Below, piece after piece: positions 36,741 to 50,267 of a stretch of 64,000 nucleotides of DNA. Source of the DNA: Takakia lepidozioides (lineage: Eukaryota; Plantae; Bryophyta). The DNA is taken from assembly GCA_030704615.1 (NCBI GenBank), contig CM060734.1:5518001-5582000 (forward strand). Reading direction: 5' to 3'. Numbering within the stretch: the first letter of the stretch is position 1; each line of letters opens with the position of its first letter. The translations under genes were made by a program, and so were the position numbers. Below the pieces are notes generated by a model. The model was not told the origin of the DNA. It saw only the letters and a program-made list of their open reading frames with translations, and made no database searches.

Positions 36741-37232
36741 CATGGCGGATAGGACTCTCCAGGCTGGCTGTGACGTGGCGCTTGAGCAGCTGTGGGGGTA
36801 GTCATACACGTTGGCTTTACTGAATGACTGAACGGACAGTGTAGTCCATGTCAGCGGCTGTGCAAGAGTGACACGTGCTCAATTACAAAAAAATGCACGT
36901 GGCAGAGTGTTCACTCTCCATGACTGTGAACTATGACTACAGGCGTGCTAATCTGGTTGCAACACGTGGCGCGTTGCAGTTTTTACACGTGGTCCCTCAG
37001 CAAATGGGTGATTTTTTTGGGTGTATTGCTATTTTTTTGCATATTTGTATTTCCACCACGTGGTGTAGTACTATTAGAGAGTAAAAATACATGTAGTCAT
37101 TATTATGACTATGGTAGAAGTCATATACATGTATAAATGCATATATAAATGCATATAAATAAATGCATTATGAACAATATTATGCATATTATGTTCTGTT
37201 TGTATTATATGCATAATAATATTATATGCATA

Positions 37233-38948
37233 AGGTGAATGCCTGCTACATTTCAAAGAGTAGCAGACGCAATTCAGCATAGGAACTAGTATGCTACGCT
37301 GAGTTGGGTGTTTCCTAGAACAAATGTAGGCTGTCATTGTCAGCTGCTAGCAGCAAGGCAAGGATGAATGCTTGATTTGTGCAGAGGCATGGATAGCTGA
37401 GAGAGTAGAGATAGAGTGTGGGTGACGTAGGGTGTTTGGCCGTGGGCAAGACGTCTTTGTATAAACGTGAGTGACCTTCCTATCCTCCTGGCTCTCATTT
37501 TTAGTGCATGTTTTTTTGTGAAGTATCTGACTTCGCCAACACACACCAACCTGTTTGTTTACGAGTCCATGGGATAGAAGTTACCATAAACAACACTGGC
37601 ATTGGTTTTTCATATATTGTATTAGATAATTCTCTTAATTGTTTCCGCCTTGGCAGGTTGCTCAATGACCTTCCCTGGACGCTTTGGAGTATAGTGAGTG
37701 AGCGTCTCACAATGCAATGTTGGTTGGTGCATCTTATGCAAGAACTTGGAAAACAAACAGATGTCCTTGTTGTAGTAATTCTTAAAGCCATGCAAGCCTT
37801 AGTTTTTGATGGGTTGCAGATTGATGGAATACATGAGTAGTTAGAAGATTCGGGTGAACACTTTTCAAAGTGTTATAATTAGACAATATAATTCACATGA
37901 GAACATGTGACTATTTTATGTGTTTTGAGATCGCGACAAAAATGATAATGATAAATAGAGATGGTGTACAATCTCTTGGTTTTGCTCAGCTTGTTGCAGT
38001 TATGTCTTGCTGCTGTTCTGTTTGTATTATATATTATATTTCATTGTTATTATTTCATATAAATGCATTTATCTTATATGCATTATAAATGCATATATAT
38101 ATAATGCATTTATTTTATTTTATTTCATATAAATGCATATATATGTATCATTGTGTTATATTTCATACATGTATAATCATTACGACAATGAAATATACTA
38201 TATAATACAAACAGAACAGCAGCAAGACATAACTGCAACAAGCTGAGCAAAACCAAGAGATTGTACACCATCTCTATTTATCAATCTATTTATCATTATC
38301 ATTTTTGTCGCGATCTCAAAATACATAAAATAGTCACATGTTCTCATGTGAATTATATTGTCTAACTATAACACTTTGAAAAGTGTTCACCCGAATCTTC
38401 TAACTACTCATGTATTCCATCAATCTGCAACCCATCAAAAACTAAGGCTTGCATGGCTTTAAGAATCACTACAGCAAGGACATCTGTTTGTTTTCCAAGT
38501 TCTTGCATAAGATGCACCAACCAACATTGCATTGTGAGACACTCACTCACTATACTCCGAAGCGTCCAGGGAAGGTCACTGAGCAACCTGCCAAGGCGGA
38601 AACAATTAAGAGAATTATCTAATACCATATATGAAAAACCAATGCCAGTGTTGTTTGTGGTAACTTCTATCCCATGGACTCGTAAACAAACCAAAGCAAA
38701 CAGGTTGGTGTGTGTTGGCGAAGTCAGATACTTCACAAAGAAACATGCACTAAAAATGAGAGCCAGGAGGATAGGAAGGTCACTCACGTTTATACAAAGA
38801 CGTCTTGCCCACTGCCCAGCACCCTACGTCACCCACACTCTATCTCTACTCCTTCAGCTATCCTAGGAAACACCCAACTCAGCGTAGCACACTAGTTCAT
38901 ATGCTGAATTGCGTCTGCTACTCTCTGAAATGTAGCAGGCATTCACCT
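37233..38948. repeat. ~1.7-kb inverted duplication (arms ~37233-38047 and ~38185-38948) around an AT-rich spacer
   Basis: Mirror ORFs 37508-37840(+) / 38404-38787(-) and 37501-37791(-) / 38453-38866(+); scattered substitutions and indels between arms. Confidence 0.9.
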
Positions 38949-39199
38949 ATCTGCCCTGGTTGACCCATCAGTGACTGGGCTCAGATAAGTATTCATTCCA
39001 CAGCTTCTCCTCATCTCTGTCACCTGTTTTTTGATACTTTCATGTTGTCACATTGGCAGTATCATGTCAAAGTCATTCCAAACTAGATTCACTCAACCAG
39101 CTAACTTGCAGAATTGAACATGGCAATTTAGGGCCGATTCTGATAAGAGGGAAAAACAGGGTGAAATGTGTTGAAGAAGATGCCTTCATTAGCAATGCC

Positions 39200-41030
39200 T
39201 GATTTTATCACTTGTGCCGCTGCTGCCAGTTGACCATCTACCCATACAAGTTTTTTGTAGCTATTGATCCACAGGGAATCACAGATAATCTTGTGCTTGA
39301 AATCTGGCCCTCTTGCATGAATCTGGACCCACACAAAATCCCTGCTCCTTCAGCTATCCATGCCTCTGCACAAATCATGCATACATCCTCGCCTTGCTGC
39401 TAGCAGCTGACAATGATAGCCTAGAATTGTCAAAGCAAACACTAGCAGGGAAAACAGGGTGAAATATGTTGAAGAAGGTACCTTCACCCCTTTCGCCATC
39501 ATTTGCTTTCAGGTCTCCAAAGCCCCATCCCGCGCTCCTGCTCTGCACACCCTGCAAGCATCGCATTCCACGACACCAATCCTCAATGCTCCGACATTTA
39601 GCATACATGGCCACCAGAGCAATGTTCAGGATGACATCTCGTGCTCTCTCTTTTTATGTCTCTCTAGTCATTCACGGCCAGAGAAACAGCAGGATTGCGT
39701 ACCTGATTGTGCAGGGGTTCAGAAAACCATCCCTCTGAACATCCAAAAATCCAGCAAATTTTTTACTGGTAAACCAATGGCCTAGAGTTCTGAGTTGGTT
39801 TATATCAGTTCTTTGTTATTGCCATTTGTGCAGAAGTCCAAAGGTTAACTGCAGGTAGACCCGAGCAGCAAAGCATGGAGCATTCCTGGCAGCAGTCACT
39901 CTACCCCTGCTCCTTCAGTATCCATGCCTCTGCACAAATCATGCATTCATCCTTGCCTTGCTGCTAGCATCTGACAATGACAACCTAGATTTGTTCTAGG
40001 AAACACCCAACTCAGCTTATCACAGTAGTTCCTATGTTGAATTGCGTCTGCTACTCTCTGTAATCCAACATACATTCACCTTTTTGCCTCGATTGTCCCA
40101 CCATTGACTGGGGTCAGAAAGTATTCATTCCACATCTTCGCCTCGTCTCTGTTACCTGTTTCTGGATACTTTCCAGGTGTCACGTTGGCAGTATCATGTC
40201 AAAGTCACTCCAATCTATCAAAGATCCACTCAACCAGCTAACTTGCAGAATTCAACATGAAAATTTAGGGCCGAAAAACAGGGTGAAATGTGTTGAACAA
40301 GGTACCTTGATTAGCAGTGTCTGATTTTATCAATTGTGCCGCTGCTTCTGCAGCTTCCAGTTGACCATCTACCCATGCAGGACCTATGATGGACCTCTGT
40401 GCCCTTTCCCAGAGCTGCCAGGCTCGCATTGGGCATACATGTCCACCTGGGCATAGTTCAAATGACATCTGGTACAATTCCAGCTTTGACATTGACACCA
40501 TGGATCTGCTCCATTTTCCAGAGCTGCCAGGCTCGCATTTGTCCACTAGAGCAGAGTTCAGAATGACATCTGGTACATTTCAGCTTTGACAATATCACCA
40601 TGGACCTGTCCGTCCATTCCACAGCTATCAGACTCACATTTGGCATACATGTCACCAAGGCAGTGTTCAAAATCAGATTTGGTGTACAGTTCCAACTTTG
40701 ACAATGTCACCATGGACCTCTACTCCCTTTTCCAGGGCTGCCACGCTCGCCTAAACTTGTGTTCAGAATCACATATGGTACGTTCCAGCTAATTTGACAA
40801 TGTCACCATGGCCTCTGCTCTCTTTTCCAGGGCTGTTAGGCTCACATTTGGCATACATGTCCACGAGGGCAGTGCTCAGAATCACATCTGGTACAACTCC
40901 AGCTTTGACGATGTCACCATGGACCTCTTTGCCCAGTTCTAGAGCTGCCAGGCTCACATTGGTATACATGTGCTGCATGGCAGTGCTCAGAATGACATCT
41001 AGTACAATTCCAGCTTTGACGATGTCACTA
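39200..41030 (-). pseudogene. Decayed, tandemly duplicated PLS-class PPR motifs
   Basis: Repeated SLAALELGKEVHGDIVKAGVVPDVILSTALVDMYAKC; 38860-39400 is also duplicated at 39900-40400. Confidence 0.75.
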
Positions 41031-42419
41031 GGAACTTTGCGCCCGTGGGCGCACACTTCCGAAATGCAGCCCTGTGAAAATGCCACCTACATTCAACGGA
41101 GCGGGCTTCGAGGTTCGCAATCGCGTGAGCCGGAGATGGGAGACATTCTTGCAGACCCCATTCAACACAACATCAACCCCACATTGACATGCCAGAATAT
41201 TGCCATACACGCTCGAAATACAAACATCAGCAAATCCATGTTTTTATTTTGTATAGCGACAACTCCGAGCTTCCATCCTCAGAAATGGACCACTGCACCC
41301 GAATGGATTCTATAAGAAACCTCCGAAACTACCATAACTCGGAGCCTGTGCCCTCCAATCACCCTCAACAATGATCCTTAACAATTATCCTTCATGTGGA
41401 GCCTTCATTGCTCTATGCTGTTGCGTTGATATCCACAACACGAACCACCGACTCGTCAAACCACAGGTCGAGAAGTAGGAGTGGCGCGGTAGTCGTCCAC
41501 TGCACATTGTCGTTTTCTGGATTCAGATGGCGCACATGAAGATACAAGATATCTATAGAGGTCAGGTTCGTGAAAACATGCAGATATTGGAGGCCAGGTG
41601 GGAGCTCCTCCACAGCGTCGTGAAATGCGCAAACATCCAGGACAAACCTGTTCTGATTCTCCTTAGTGTCAACAATATATTCCCTGGCCCAGAAGAATGA
41701 GTGAGCAACTCAAGAGCCCTATCCGGGAGCAAATACTGTGGAGGTGCAGTACAGTTATGGTAGTAAGACCTCAAGAACTCACCGTAGCAACATCTCATGA
41801 TGAAGAGACGAACATTCCGTCTTCCAGGTCTATCTCGCACAACAAGTATCCACTGTTGTCCACTGGCAGGCCTCACCCAAACAGAATCCCACAGAAGTGC
41901 TCGGAAACTCGTCACCCTGCGTGTACCTTCAGTGAACTCCGGGTGACCCTAGACATGTTACCCTAGCACTACAATGGCTTCTGAGGGCTACAAGTTTCCT
42001 GTCCTGCACAATGTTTTTCAATCGTAACGGGGAATAACGGCGCCGAAATACCTCATTCCGCATCCGAATCCAGAAGAAAGAGAACATATTACCGAGGTTT
42101 GAGGACCTAATACCGTCAATAAAGGCACGAGCTCATGGGCTCATGGGCTCATGAAATAGTAAACCTCTCAACAGCATCAGCAGCCATTGTCATCACGCAT
42201 GCACACAGACATAGACACATCAAAATTGATGACCTAAGGAGCTATAAATTGCCACAGCTTCAAAAAGAAAGCATTACAAAGAATGAATCAATTCCCAATT
42301 AAAACATCAGGGAGTAGTAGCTCACCCAACCCCCTTGATGTGTTTCTAAGACCACTATTTTTGTCTGCGTCAACACTAAGGGTCCCCTCTACAAAGTTGG
42401 ACTATGCTTCGTTCCTTGC

Positions 42420-43200
42420 CAAAGGTCAGGTGGATCTAGTGGGTGACTTCAATGCCCGGGCGGGCAAAGGTCTCCATCAGGATGATATCATTTGACCTTT
42501 TGGTGAGGACGAGCTGAATTCTCATGGCAGACGGTTAATTAACTATCTGGAAGAGATTCAACTTTTGACCTTGAATAATAGGACAAGAAGTAATCAAGTG
42601 CAGTGGACTCGTGATAGAACCCAAACTGGGGAACGTTCCATTGTGGATTATATCATAATGGACAAAAATTTGTTTCCCCAGTGTGCCAATGTGTTGATCG
42701 ACAGAACTGATATTGGTACCTCTGACCATTTCCTGGTTTGGACTGAGATCAAAAGGTGTTTTCCCAACACCAAGAGATCTGTGAAATGTTCGATTTGGAA
42801 GTGGCGCATACAAAAATTCCATAATGAAGAGGTCAAGGCTGAGTATGTCCAGGCCTTGCAAGAGGCTCTCCCTCTTGGGACCTGACGGCATAGTCAACGA
42901 GCTTATCAAGCACGGCGGCAATCCCATGATAGAGGCCCTACTTCTCCTCTTTAACCTTATCTGGAAGACTGAAATGATCCCCTTTGGCTGGCGACAGGGG
43001 GTCATTGTCAATCCATACAAGAAGGGTGACAGAGAAGAATCGGGGAACTACAGTGGCATCACGCTCTTCAATGCTGTTTGCAAGATATTTTGCAGAGTTA
43101 TAAGTACTCGTCTCGAGGTTGATCTGGAAGCTAGAGGTTGTTTCCACGATGGTCAATCTGGCTTTCGGCAAAACAGGGGTTGTGTGTCAAACAGGCTAAG
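42420..43200 (+). mobile_element. LINE ORF2 fragment (APE endonuclease end and RT start, internal deletion near 42870)
   Basis: GDFNAR, IVDYII, SDH; then GPDGI, YKKGD...NYSGITL, QSGFR. Confidence 0.85.
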
Positions 43201-43582
43201 TCTAGGCAGAAGACCGTAGAAGAGATTCTCAAGGACCTGGATCTGGATCCGCAAGTCTTGACCCTGCTGGATAAATCTGACTTAGAGGCTGTAGTGTCCA
43301 AAGCCATGTCTGTTGCCATGAAATTGTCTGATGAAAATGAAGTTAGGCAGAAAACTTCCCTGAACTTGTTTCCAATCTGTGACATGGGGGAGGACATCTT
43401 GGATGACCGAGCAAGGGTCTACCCACTCTCGGCACTAGACTGAAATTTAAACTCAGGGCAGGAAGCCTACCTTTGAACAGCAAACACAAGTAGAGAGGAA
43501 AGGGAGAATACTGCAATTGCCTGTTGTGTTGGCAACCTGAACCAGTATCTCCCACAACTAAAAATCAGAAAAAGAACAGATG

Positions 43583-45134
43583 CTACTCTACACTCACTCT
43601 CCACAAGGCAAGAAGGCAGCACGCTAGCGGATCAAGATGGCCAAATAGAGAGAAGGACAAACTCACCAACTTGATGGCGGCACCTTCAATGCCCGCTCTT
43701 CCAACATGAGACATACACTTGACTGCAGCACGTGAAGCCGCTCGGTTTTTTGCCTCCTTCTCACCCTCTTTTGACTTCCAATATGTTACAAGAGCACCCC
43801 ATGCTTCATCTGTGACATCTAAGGGTCTCACCCCATTGTCTTGCCAAGCTTTCTTCCAAGCTGAACGCTCACTCTTCATGAAATCCTTCATGTAATTGTA
43901 GATAGCTTTATCTTTGAGGGGATAAGGAGCATATGAAAACTCAGCATCCATTTCAGTCTGGATTAGGTCCAAAAGCTTTTTGTGTTGACCTTGGATATGC
44001 CAAACCCCCCAATCGAGCAACCGGCAAACATGTCCTTTCACTTTGTTTTGCCACTGTGTCTTCCCCTCACAATGCCACCCTTTGCATTGGTGGTTAGAGT
44101 GTACCTAGGTTTGCCCTCCTCCACATTACTCTTTGATTGTTCAAGGAACTCTTTGTTGTCCCGCCTGGCCTCGCGTCGCAACTCATTTGTCCTTGCTTTC
44201 ACATCCGCTTCTGATGTGGCAGCAGAAACCCCTCCAGCAGTGTTCAACATGCCTTCACCTGCAGCAAGAGGACCTGTCCATGTTGTAGGCCCTTGCATCC
44301 AACCACTTGGCCCCCAATTCCCTTGACTCCAATTTCCCTGTGGGTAATTTGGGTAACCCTGCTGCGGATATTGAGGGTTGGGAGGTGGAAACTGTTGTGG
44401 GAAGGTCTGACAGGGGTTCTGCGGGTTCTGGGGATACATCACTTGACCCTGATATGGCTGTTGGGGAACACCATAGTGCATGGACAAGCCTGTCCTGGAG
44501 GCGAGTTAGGAGCTATTGGGTTAAAAGAAGTTCCATGTCTAGGAATCTGTCATGGTGGTAGTGGTGGCAGGTGTGGAGTGCGATTTTTGACAGGGCTCGA
44601 CATATGACTTGGAGCAGCGGGAGCAGCGGGGAGCTCCGGCTCAATCTGCTTTCTTGATCGCTTTGCCTTTTTCTACAACCATGCAAACACACTTCAGTGC
44701 TAGAACAGTATCGCTTGTCTCCTTCATGCATTCACACACTTTTTACAAAATCACACTATTTCCAAAAACAGTAGAGGTCACGCGCCAACCCAAAAAAGCT
44801 CTGCATCTGCTACCGTGAACGACCCAAACTTGATAGGGTTGACCTCTTTGCCCTTTGCTCCATGTCCAGCGTCGCGTTTGTGCAACTCCTCTCCCAGCAA
44901 TCCTCCACTACTCCCTTCGGAAGCCATTTCGTCGCCTTCCGAACCTTCGTAGCTTTTGTCTCTTTTGAAATCCTCGATGTCACTGCTGTCACTGCTCTCC
45001 ACATACGGTCGTTTGTATCCTGTTGTGGCCATGACGGCTACGCGTCCGCTTCTTCGCACAGGGCCTTCTGCTGTTTCAAATTGCTTCCGTGGGAGTTTGG
45101 CCTTCCGCGCTGCACCTACTAGAGACCTGCGCAC
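43583..45134 (-). mobile_element. CACTA/EnSpm accessory (Transposase_24/TnpA-like) gene remnant
   Basis: DEAWGALVTYWKS...AKNRAASRA...SHVGRAG pattern; Q/P-rich exon upstream. Confidence 0.55.
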
Positions 45135-45409
45135 TAGTGTTTGGCAATGAAGACAGGCACTACATACTACGCAGACTGCGTGAGGAGCAAAACTAACACT
45201 TAGACAAAATCATGGAAGACAAAGCGAGAGGAGCACGAGCTCGACAGTCAAATGCACAGCACAGCACATTGTGGGGAGACACGTCTAGGGCAGCTACTGG
45301 CAGACTGGGTGCACATTCATGTACTGACAATCCTAGTTATCCATTTTCAAACACACGTAGTGACTTTACTCACCCAAAAGTTTTTTGTTGGCTCTGTCCG
45401 GCAAGGGAT

Positions 45410-45870
45410 AGGCCGAGAACGGCGAACTAGGCTTATCCATTAAGCCTTAGAGAGAGATAGAGAGAGCCTAGTCATTTGAGGGTTGATGGGACCCCAAGGG
45501 ATAGATGCATTGTGGAGACATCTTTAGGGAGAGAACTGGGCTTATCCATTAAGCCTAGAGAGAGAGAGCCCCTAGTCTTTAGAGGGTTGATGGGACCCGC
45601 AAGGGATAGAGGCATTGTGGAGACTTCTTGCCTAGGCGGAGAACCAGGCTTATCCATTAAGCCTAGAGAGAGAGAGCCTAGTCTTTAGAGGGTTGATGGG
45701 ACCCGCAAGGGATAGAGGCATAACCAGGCTTATCCATTAAGCCTAGAGAGAGAGAGCCTAGTCTTTAGAGGGTTGATGGGACCCGCAAGGGATAGAGGCA
45801 TAGTGGATACATCTTTAGGGAGAGAACTAGGCTTATCCATTAAGCCTAGTCTATCGAGGGTTGATGGGAA
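45410..45870. repeat. Tandem array (~5 units, 80-120 bp) with internal hairpins
   Basis: Unit AGGCTTATCCATTAAGCCTAG(AG)n CCTAGTCTTTAGAGGGTTGATGGGACCCGCAAGGGATAGAGGCA. Confidence 0.85.
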
Positions 45871-46553
45871 TAATTCATGAAGCCCTAGAAAAAGTATGAA
45901 ACAACAACCACAAAATCACCAAAGGACAGAGCCTCTTGTGGCGGAGCCGCTTGTTTCACTCCACAGCGATCTAATTTCACTAGGTAGTACCTTTTCCGCA
46001 ACATAGTCACTTCATATCACTATGTAGTAGAAAGTTAAAGTACATAGTACTTTAAGGCACTAAGTAGCAGTTGGAATGAACTAATTATATTGTAGCAACT
46101 TTGTGATGAGAGTAACTCTGTCTCTCTGCACGCTCGACTTCTATAAAAGACAAGAACGCAGGGCAATGTGAAATGCAAGCAGTACTACTTCTCGTGTGTT
46201 GGTTCGAGCTGGAAGTCCTCAAGTCCAAATGCCTGCAGTCGTCTTTTGTCTGCAATCCTTTCGAGTTGTTGTATTTCTATGACAGTTAGGGTGTCAGCAG
46301 CTGAGACGCCATCCGTAACGACGTCCTTTCCCTTGTCCATAGATAGTGGACGCGCCCAGCAACGACGAGCGCAGAGTTAGGGTGACAACGCGGCGACCTC
46401 ATGCACTGATGTCGGGCGCCCTCATTTCTTTTTCCTCCACATTCACCCCTGCCAAGTGACAGCATACAGTGAGAAGGATACTAAATAACATACACGAAAG
46501 GCCTGTGAACTCCTGCAGGTCTAACAGAAAATAGACTGACAACGTATGCATTC

Positions 46554-46781
46554 ATGTGGCGAGTAGAGGAGCCGAGACCCCGGCGACGAAGCATACACGA
46601 TCCCATTCGAATGCAACAGCGGGACGAGAAACTATGGGTCCGAGAAGAAGCTCGTGCTGCAGCTGCACGGCGGCGGAAATCACGTTGTCCCTGTAATGTA
46701 TGCCATGGGGGTGTCCCTCAACGAAGAGAGACCATTGAATGGCACCTTAGGGTGCATGAGAGTATGGTTTCACGCTTGTAG
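46554..46781 (+). mobile_element. CACTA transposase-associated Zn-domain exon
   Basis: RCPCNVCHG...ETIEWHL matches the Transpos_assoc CPCxxC...HL pattern. Confidence 0.5.
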
Positions 46782-47109
46782 ACTTCACACGTACACCAGC
46801 CCTTTATTTTTCCCTCACAAGTGGAGCAGGTGTTCTTTTCTGACGGTACAACACACATTGGTTGGAAGGTAATACTACACAAAGATCCCAGGTCTCGAAG
46901 GGTCATTGCCGTGGGGAACTTCCTTTGGAGAGAACCTGGATGACGCGCCTGGCCTTGAAGCACCCAACCTCTTTGATCAGCTACAACCTGTGGCAACTGA
47001 CGAGGGTCACACCTTTACTGCAGAGGAGGCTGCTGCTGCTCTCATTATCCAGCCAATTTCTAGGGAGGAATTAGAGAGAGATTACATGCAAGCCGGGGTG
47101 AGGAAATGC

Positions 47110-49030
47110 AAAGCTTGCTAAAAATGAAGTCTATGGCAGCAGATTTCCCGGTCAAGGGAACGAGCATCAACGGTGCTTTGTGTTCAAGATGTCGACTGTT
47201 GGCTCGGCATCCGGGGTGCATTGGTGGATATGATGAATGTTGGCGGGCCATTGGAAAATAGCTGGGTGATGTTCGACAATGTGAAACGAGCAAATGGATG
47301 GAGCACGACAGCCTGCCATGTGTACGAGCCCAACTATAGGAAGCTGATGACCATCGCCATTTGCGAGATGAAATCAGAAGACACAGCCTCTCAAATGATC
47401 ATGTGGGAGATCATCAATGAGCAGATGGTCCGAGCAGGAAAGAGACCGCCGCATTTTAGAGGATTCATGGCGGACAATGCCAATGCGAACTGGGCAGCGG
47501 TTCGAAATGTTTATGGTGGCGGGAAGCCTATGCCCGGTAGGGAGAGCACTTGCGGATTTAATTGGGGACAGAGTCTTCAAAGGCATACAAAAGACCTCAT
47601 TCGGCCCAACTTTCAAGTGACACACATTAAATTTTGTGGACAGTAGAGGTCGGCCGCCACAGCAACAGAAGCTGAGATGGCATTCATGTCAATCAGATCA
47701 TGGTGGATATCTTCGGGAGCTGCAACCGAAGAAGATATTCCCGCCCTTGATAGCTAGCTTTCGTGGTGGACATACCGGTATGCTCAACTGGGGTCATTCG
47801 TGAGGGAGGTAAAAATCCAACTGCCAATCACACCACTACTCTATCCATTGCTTTTGTGGCTGCTAACGTGAGTAGATGGGTGGGCTGTCACTGCCACAAG
47901 GGGTGCTCCGGAAGTCTGTGCCGACTTCCCATCTCTTGCATCATGCATGCGGAGTGCGTGACAGGGAAGTCTGTGCCGACTTACCACTGTGCTTTTCGGA
48001 TTCTGTGTCCATAATCCTCTGTAAGTCTGTGCAGACTTCCTATGTCCGGCTCGATGCCAGCGGAGTACAGACAGGGAAGTCTGTGACGACTTTCTAGTAT
48101 GTTTATTCCATTTGTCTGCCCAGGTACGTCCGTAATTCTATGCCGACTTCCCATGTCCGTCTCTATAACTGAGTAGTCCTCAGAGGCATGTATGTGCATT
48201 GGGGTTTTTGGGTGCCTCTAAGTCTGTGCCGACTTCCCATATTACAAGTTCTTTCGTCTATCTTAGGGACTCAATTTGGAGGAGAACGCGGACATGCCAA
48301 ATGTGAATATGTCCGAATCGATACACACGAGCTGGCAAGCAGGTCCAGTGGCTCGGTGAAGTCCGACTTGTACACGGCAACATGACATGATATCGCGCGT
48401 GCGCGCCTGCAGACATTCGGGTACCGTTTGTTCCTTAATGGGGGCAGAAAAGGAGTTGGACCCAGCCGAGAGGATTTGCTGGTGTGTGCGGCATCGAGGT
48501 CAAGTGACCCAAACAAAATGGCGGAGGCTCTCAAGACATTTGTGGTTGGAACACCACTGCATAACATTGCGGATGGTTTGGAAGGTGATCTTCTCACACG
48601 CACTACAAAGAGGAAGATATTCGTCTACAATCTGGACAAGGAGGAGGATCAGCATTCATGGCGGGCGGATATGAACCTACAGACTGGACCGAGGCGGGCT
48701 TCTGGTGCAGGTGGCTCCCAAGTGCATGTGGAGCAGCTGGATGAGGAGGATGACATGGCACCGACCAACTACAACAATGTTCCAAAGCAGTACGGAAAGC
48801 CAGTGTTGGAGACTTCAGTGTCCGGTCCTTACCTGGAGCAGGGAGCTCGCACAGGGGTCACCATGGAAGGGGTCCAGCGGCACCTGGCGTAGATGTGGTG
48901 CTCACTGTAGAGAGACGGCAGAGAGCTCTAAAGACGTTGAGAGACAACGCCCTGAACCACACCTACAGCTCTATTTTGCATCTTCTCCGAAAAGGCCACC
49001 CTCCGCGTGTTCCCTTGTGCAAGATGAGGA
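47110..49030 (+). mobile_element. MULE-like transposase, C-terminal (DDE) half
   Basis: FPGQG, FVFKMS, WVMFDNVKR, FMADNANANW, CGFNW (CxxH-like); in-frame stops; intron with GGAAGTCTGTGCCGACTTCC repeats. Confidence 0.6.
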
Positions 49031-49203
49031 CGCTACCTGCAATTCGGCAAGCTGAAAGGCCCGGGATAGAAAAGTTGAAGCTCTTTTTGGAGGGATTCCA
49101 ACAAACAAAACAACGTTTCACCAGTAATCCTCACAAGAACAATCCCCATCTTCAAAGTGGTGAAAGCGGTTATCATCCCGTACAACAATTGCTCGACAAT
49201 TGC

Positions 49204-49735
49204 TCAACAATTGACATCTGGTACAATCCCAGCTTTGATGATATCATCATGGACCTCTTTGCCCTTCTCCAGTGCTGCCAGGCTTGCACACGCATTGCAA
49301 ACAAAACAAACGTGATGTGGTTGGGCTTCATCCCTTCCCTGCATCATTTGCTCGTAGGTTTCCAAAGCCTCCATCCCAAATCCATGCTGCACATATCCTG
49401 CAATCATAGCACTGTGCACGACACCACATTTTGTTTTGCCATACTGTCGAACACTCATTTTCCAACCTTGATGCTGCCGCATTTTGCATACATGTCCATG
49501 AGGCAGTGTTAAGAATGACATCTGGGACAATCCCAACTTTGATGATATCATCATGGACCTCTTTGACCTTCTCCAGTGCTGCCAGACTTGCACACGCATT
49601 ACAAACAAAACAGACGTGATGTGGTTGGGCTTCACCCCTTCCCCGCATCATTTGCTCGTGGTTTCCAGAGCCTCCATCTCAAACCCATGCTGCACATATC
49701 CTGCAATCATAGCACTGCATGACACCACATTTCGT
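49204..49735 (-). pseudogene. PLS-class PPR fragment (two duplicated units)
   Basis: AMIAGYVQHGFGMEALETYEQM; [28 protein letters not shown]; frameshifted. Confidence 0.8.
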
Positions 49736-50267
49736 GATCCAAGTGGGGCTTGAACCCACTGGCATGCCCAGCCATAATCTGGTTTGCACGTGGATCAAAG
49801 TACGGTGGGGCAAACTGTAAATCCTGTGGCCTCATGCTCAGATAGGCCAGAGGACTTGCCCCCCTCTTAGCATGCATAGTATGAATGCAATGGATGCAGG
49901 TATGAGCAAGTGGATGCAATGCCCCCCCTCCCCCCCCAAATAAAAATAAAAAACCCCAAATGCAGCAATATCATGCAATTTGTACCTAATTGTCGCCTCC
50001 ATCCAGTGTAGCAAAGATAGAGCAGTGGTCTCTTATCTTTCAGTGAAGCCCTGTGTCCTCCTGGAGCAGTGCGCATGTCTGCACCCACCCCTAAAAGCAA
50101 CCTCTTCACAACAATCAATCACACTTGGCTAGAGAGGCAATGTTTGCATGTGTCCAAGTCAATTCGAGCTGGGTATAACATGTCTGGTTGGTTGAATTAA
50201 TACAGCTGGGACGATGCCCGGAAGCATACATCACTGTAAATACCTAGCCTTCTTCATCACTTGAAGA

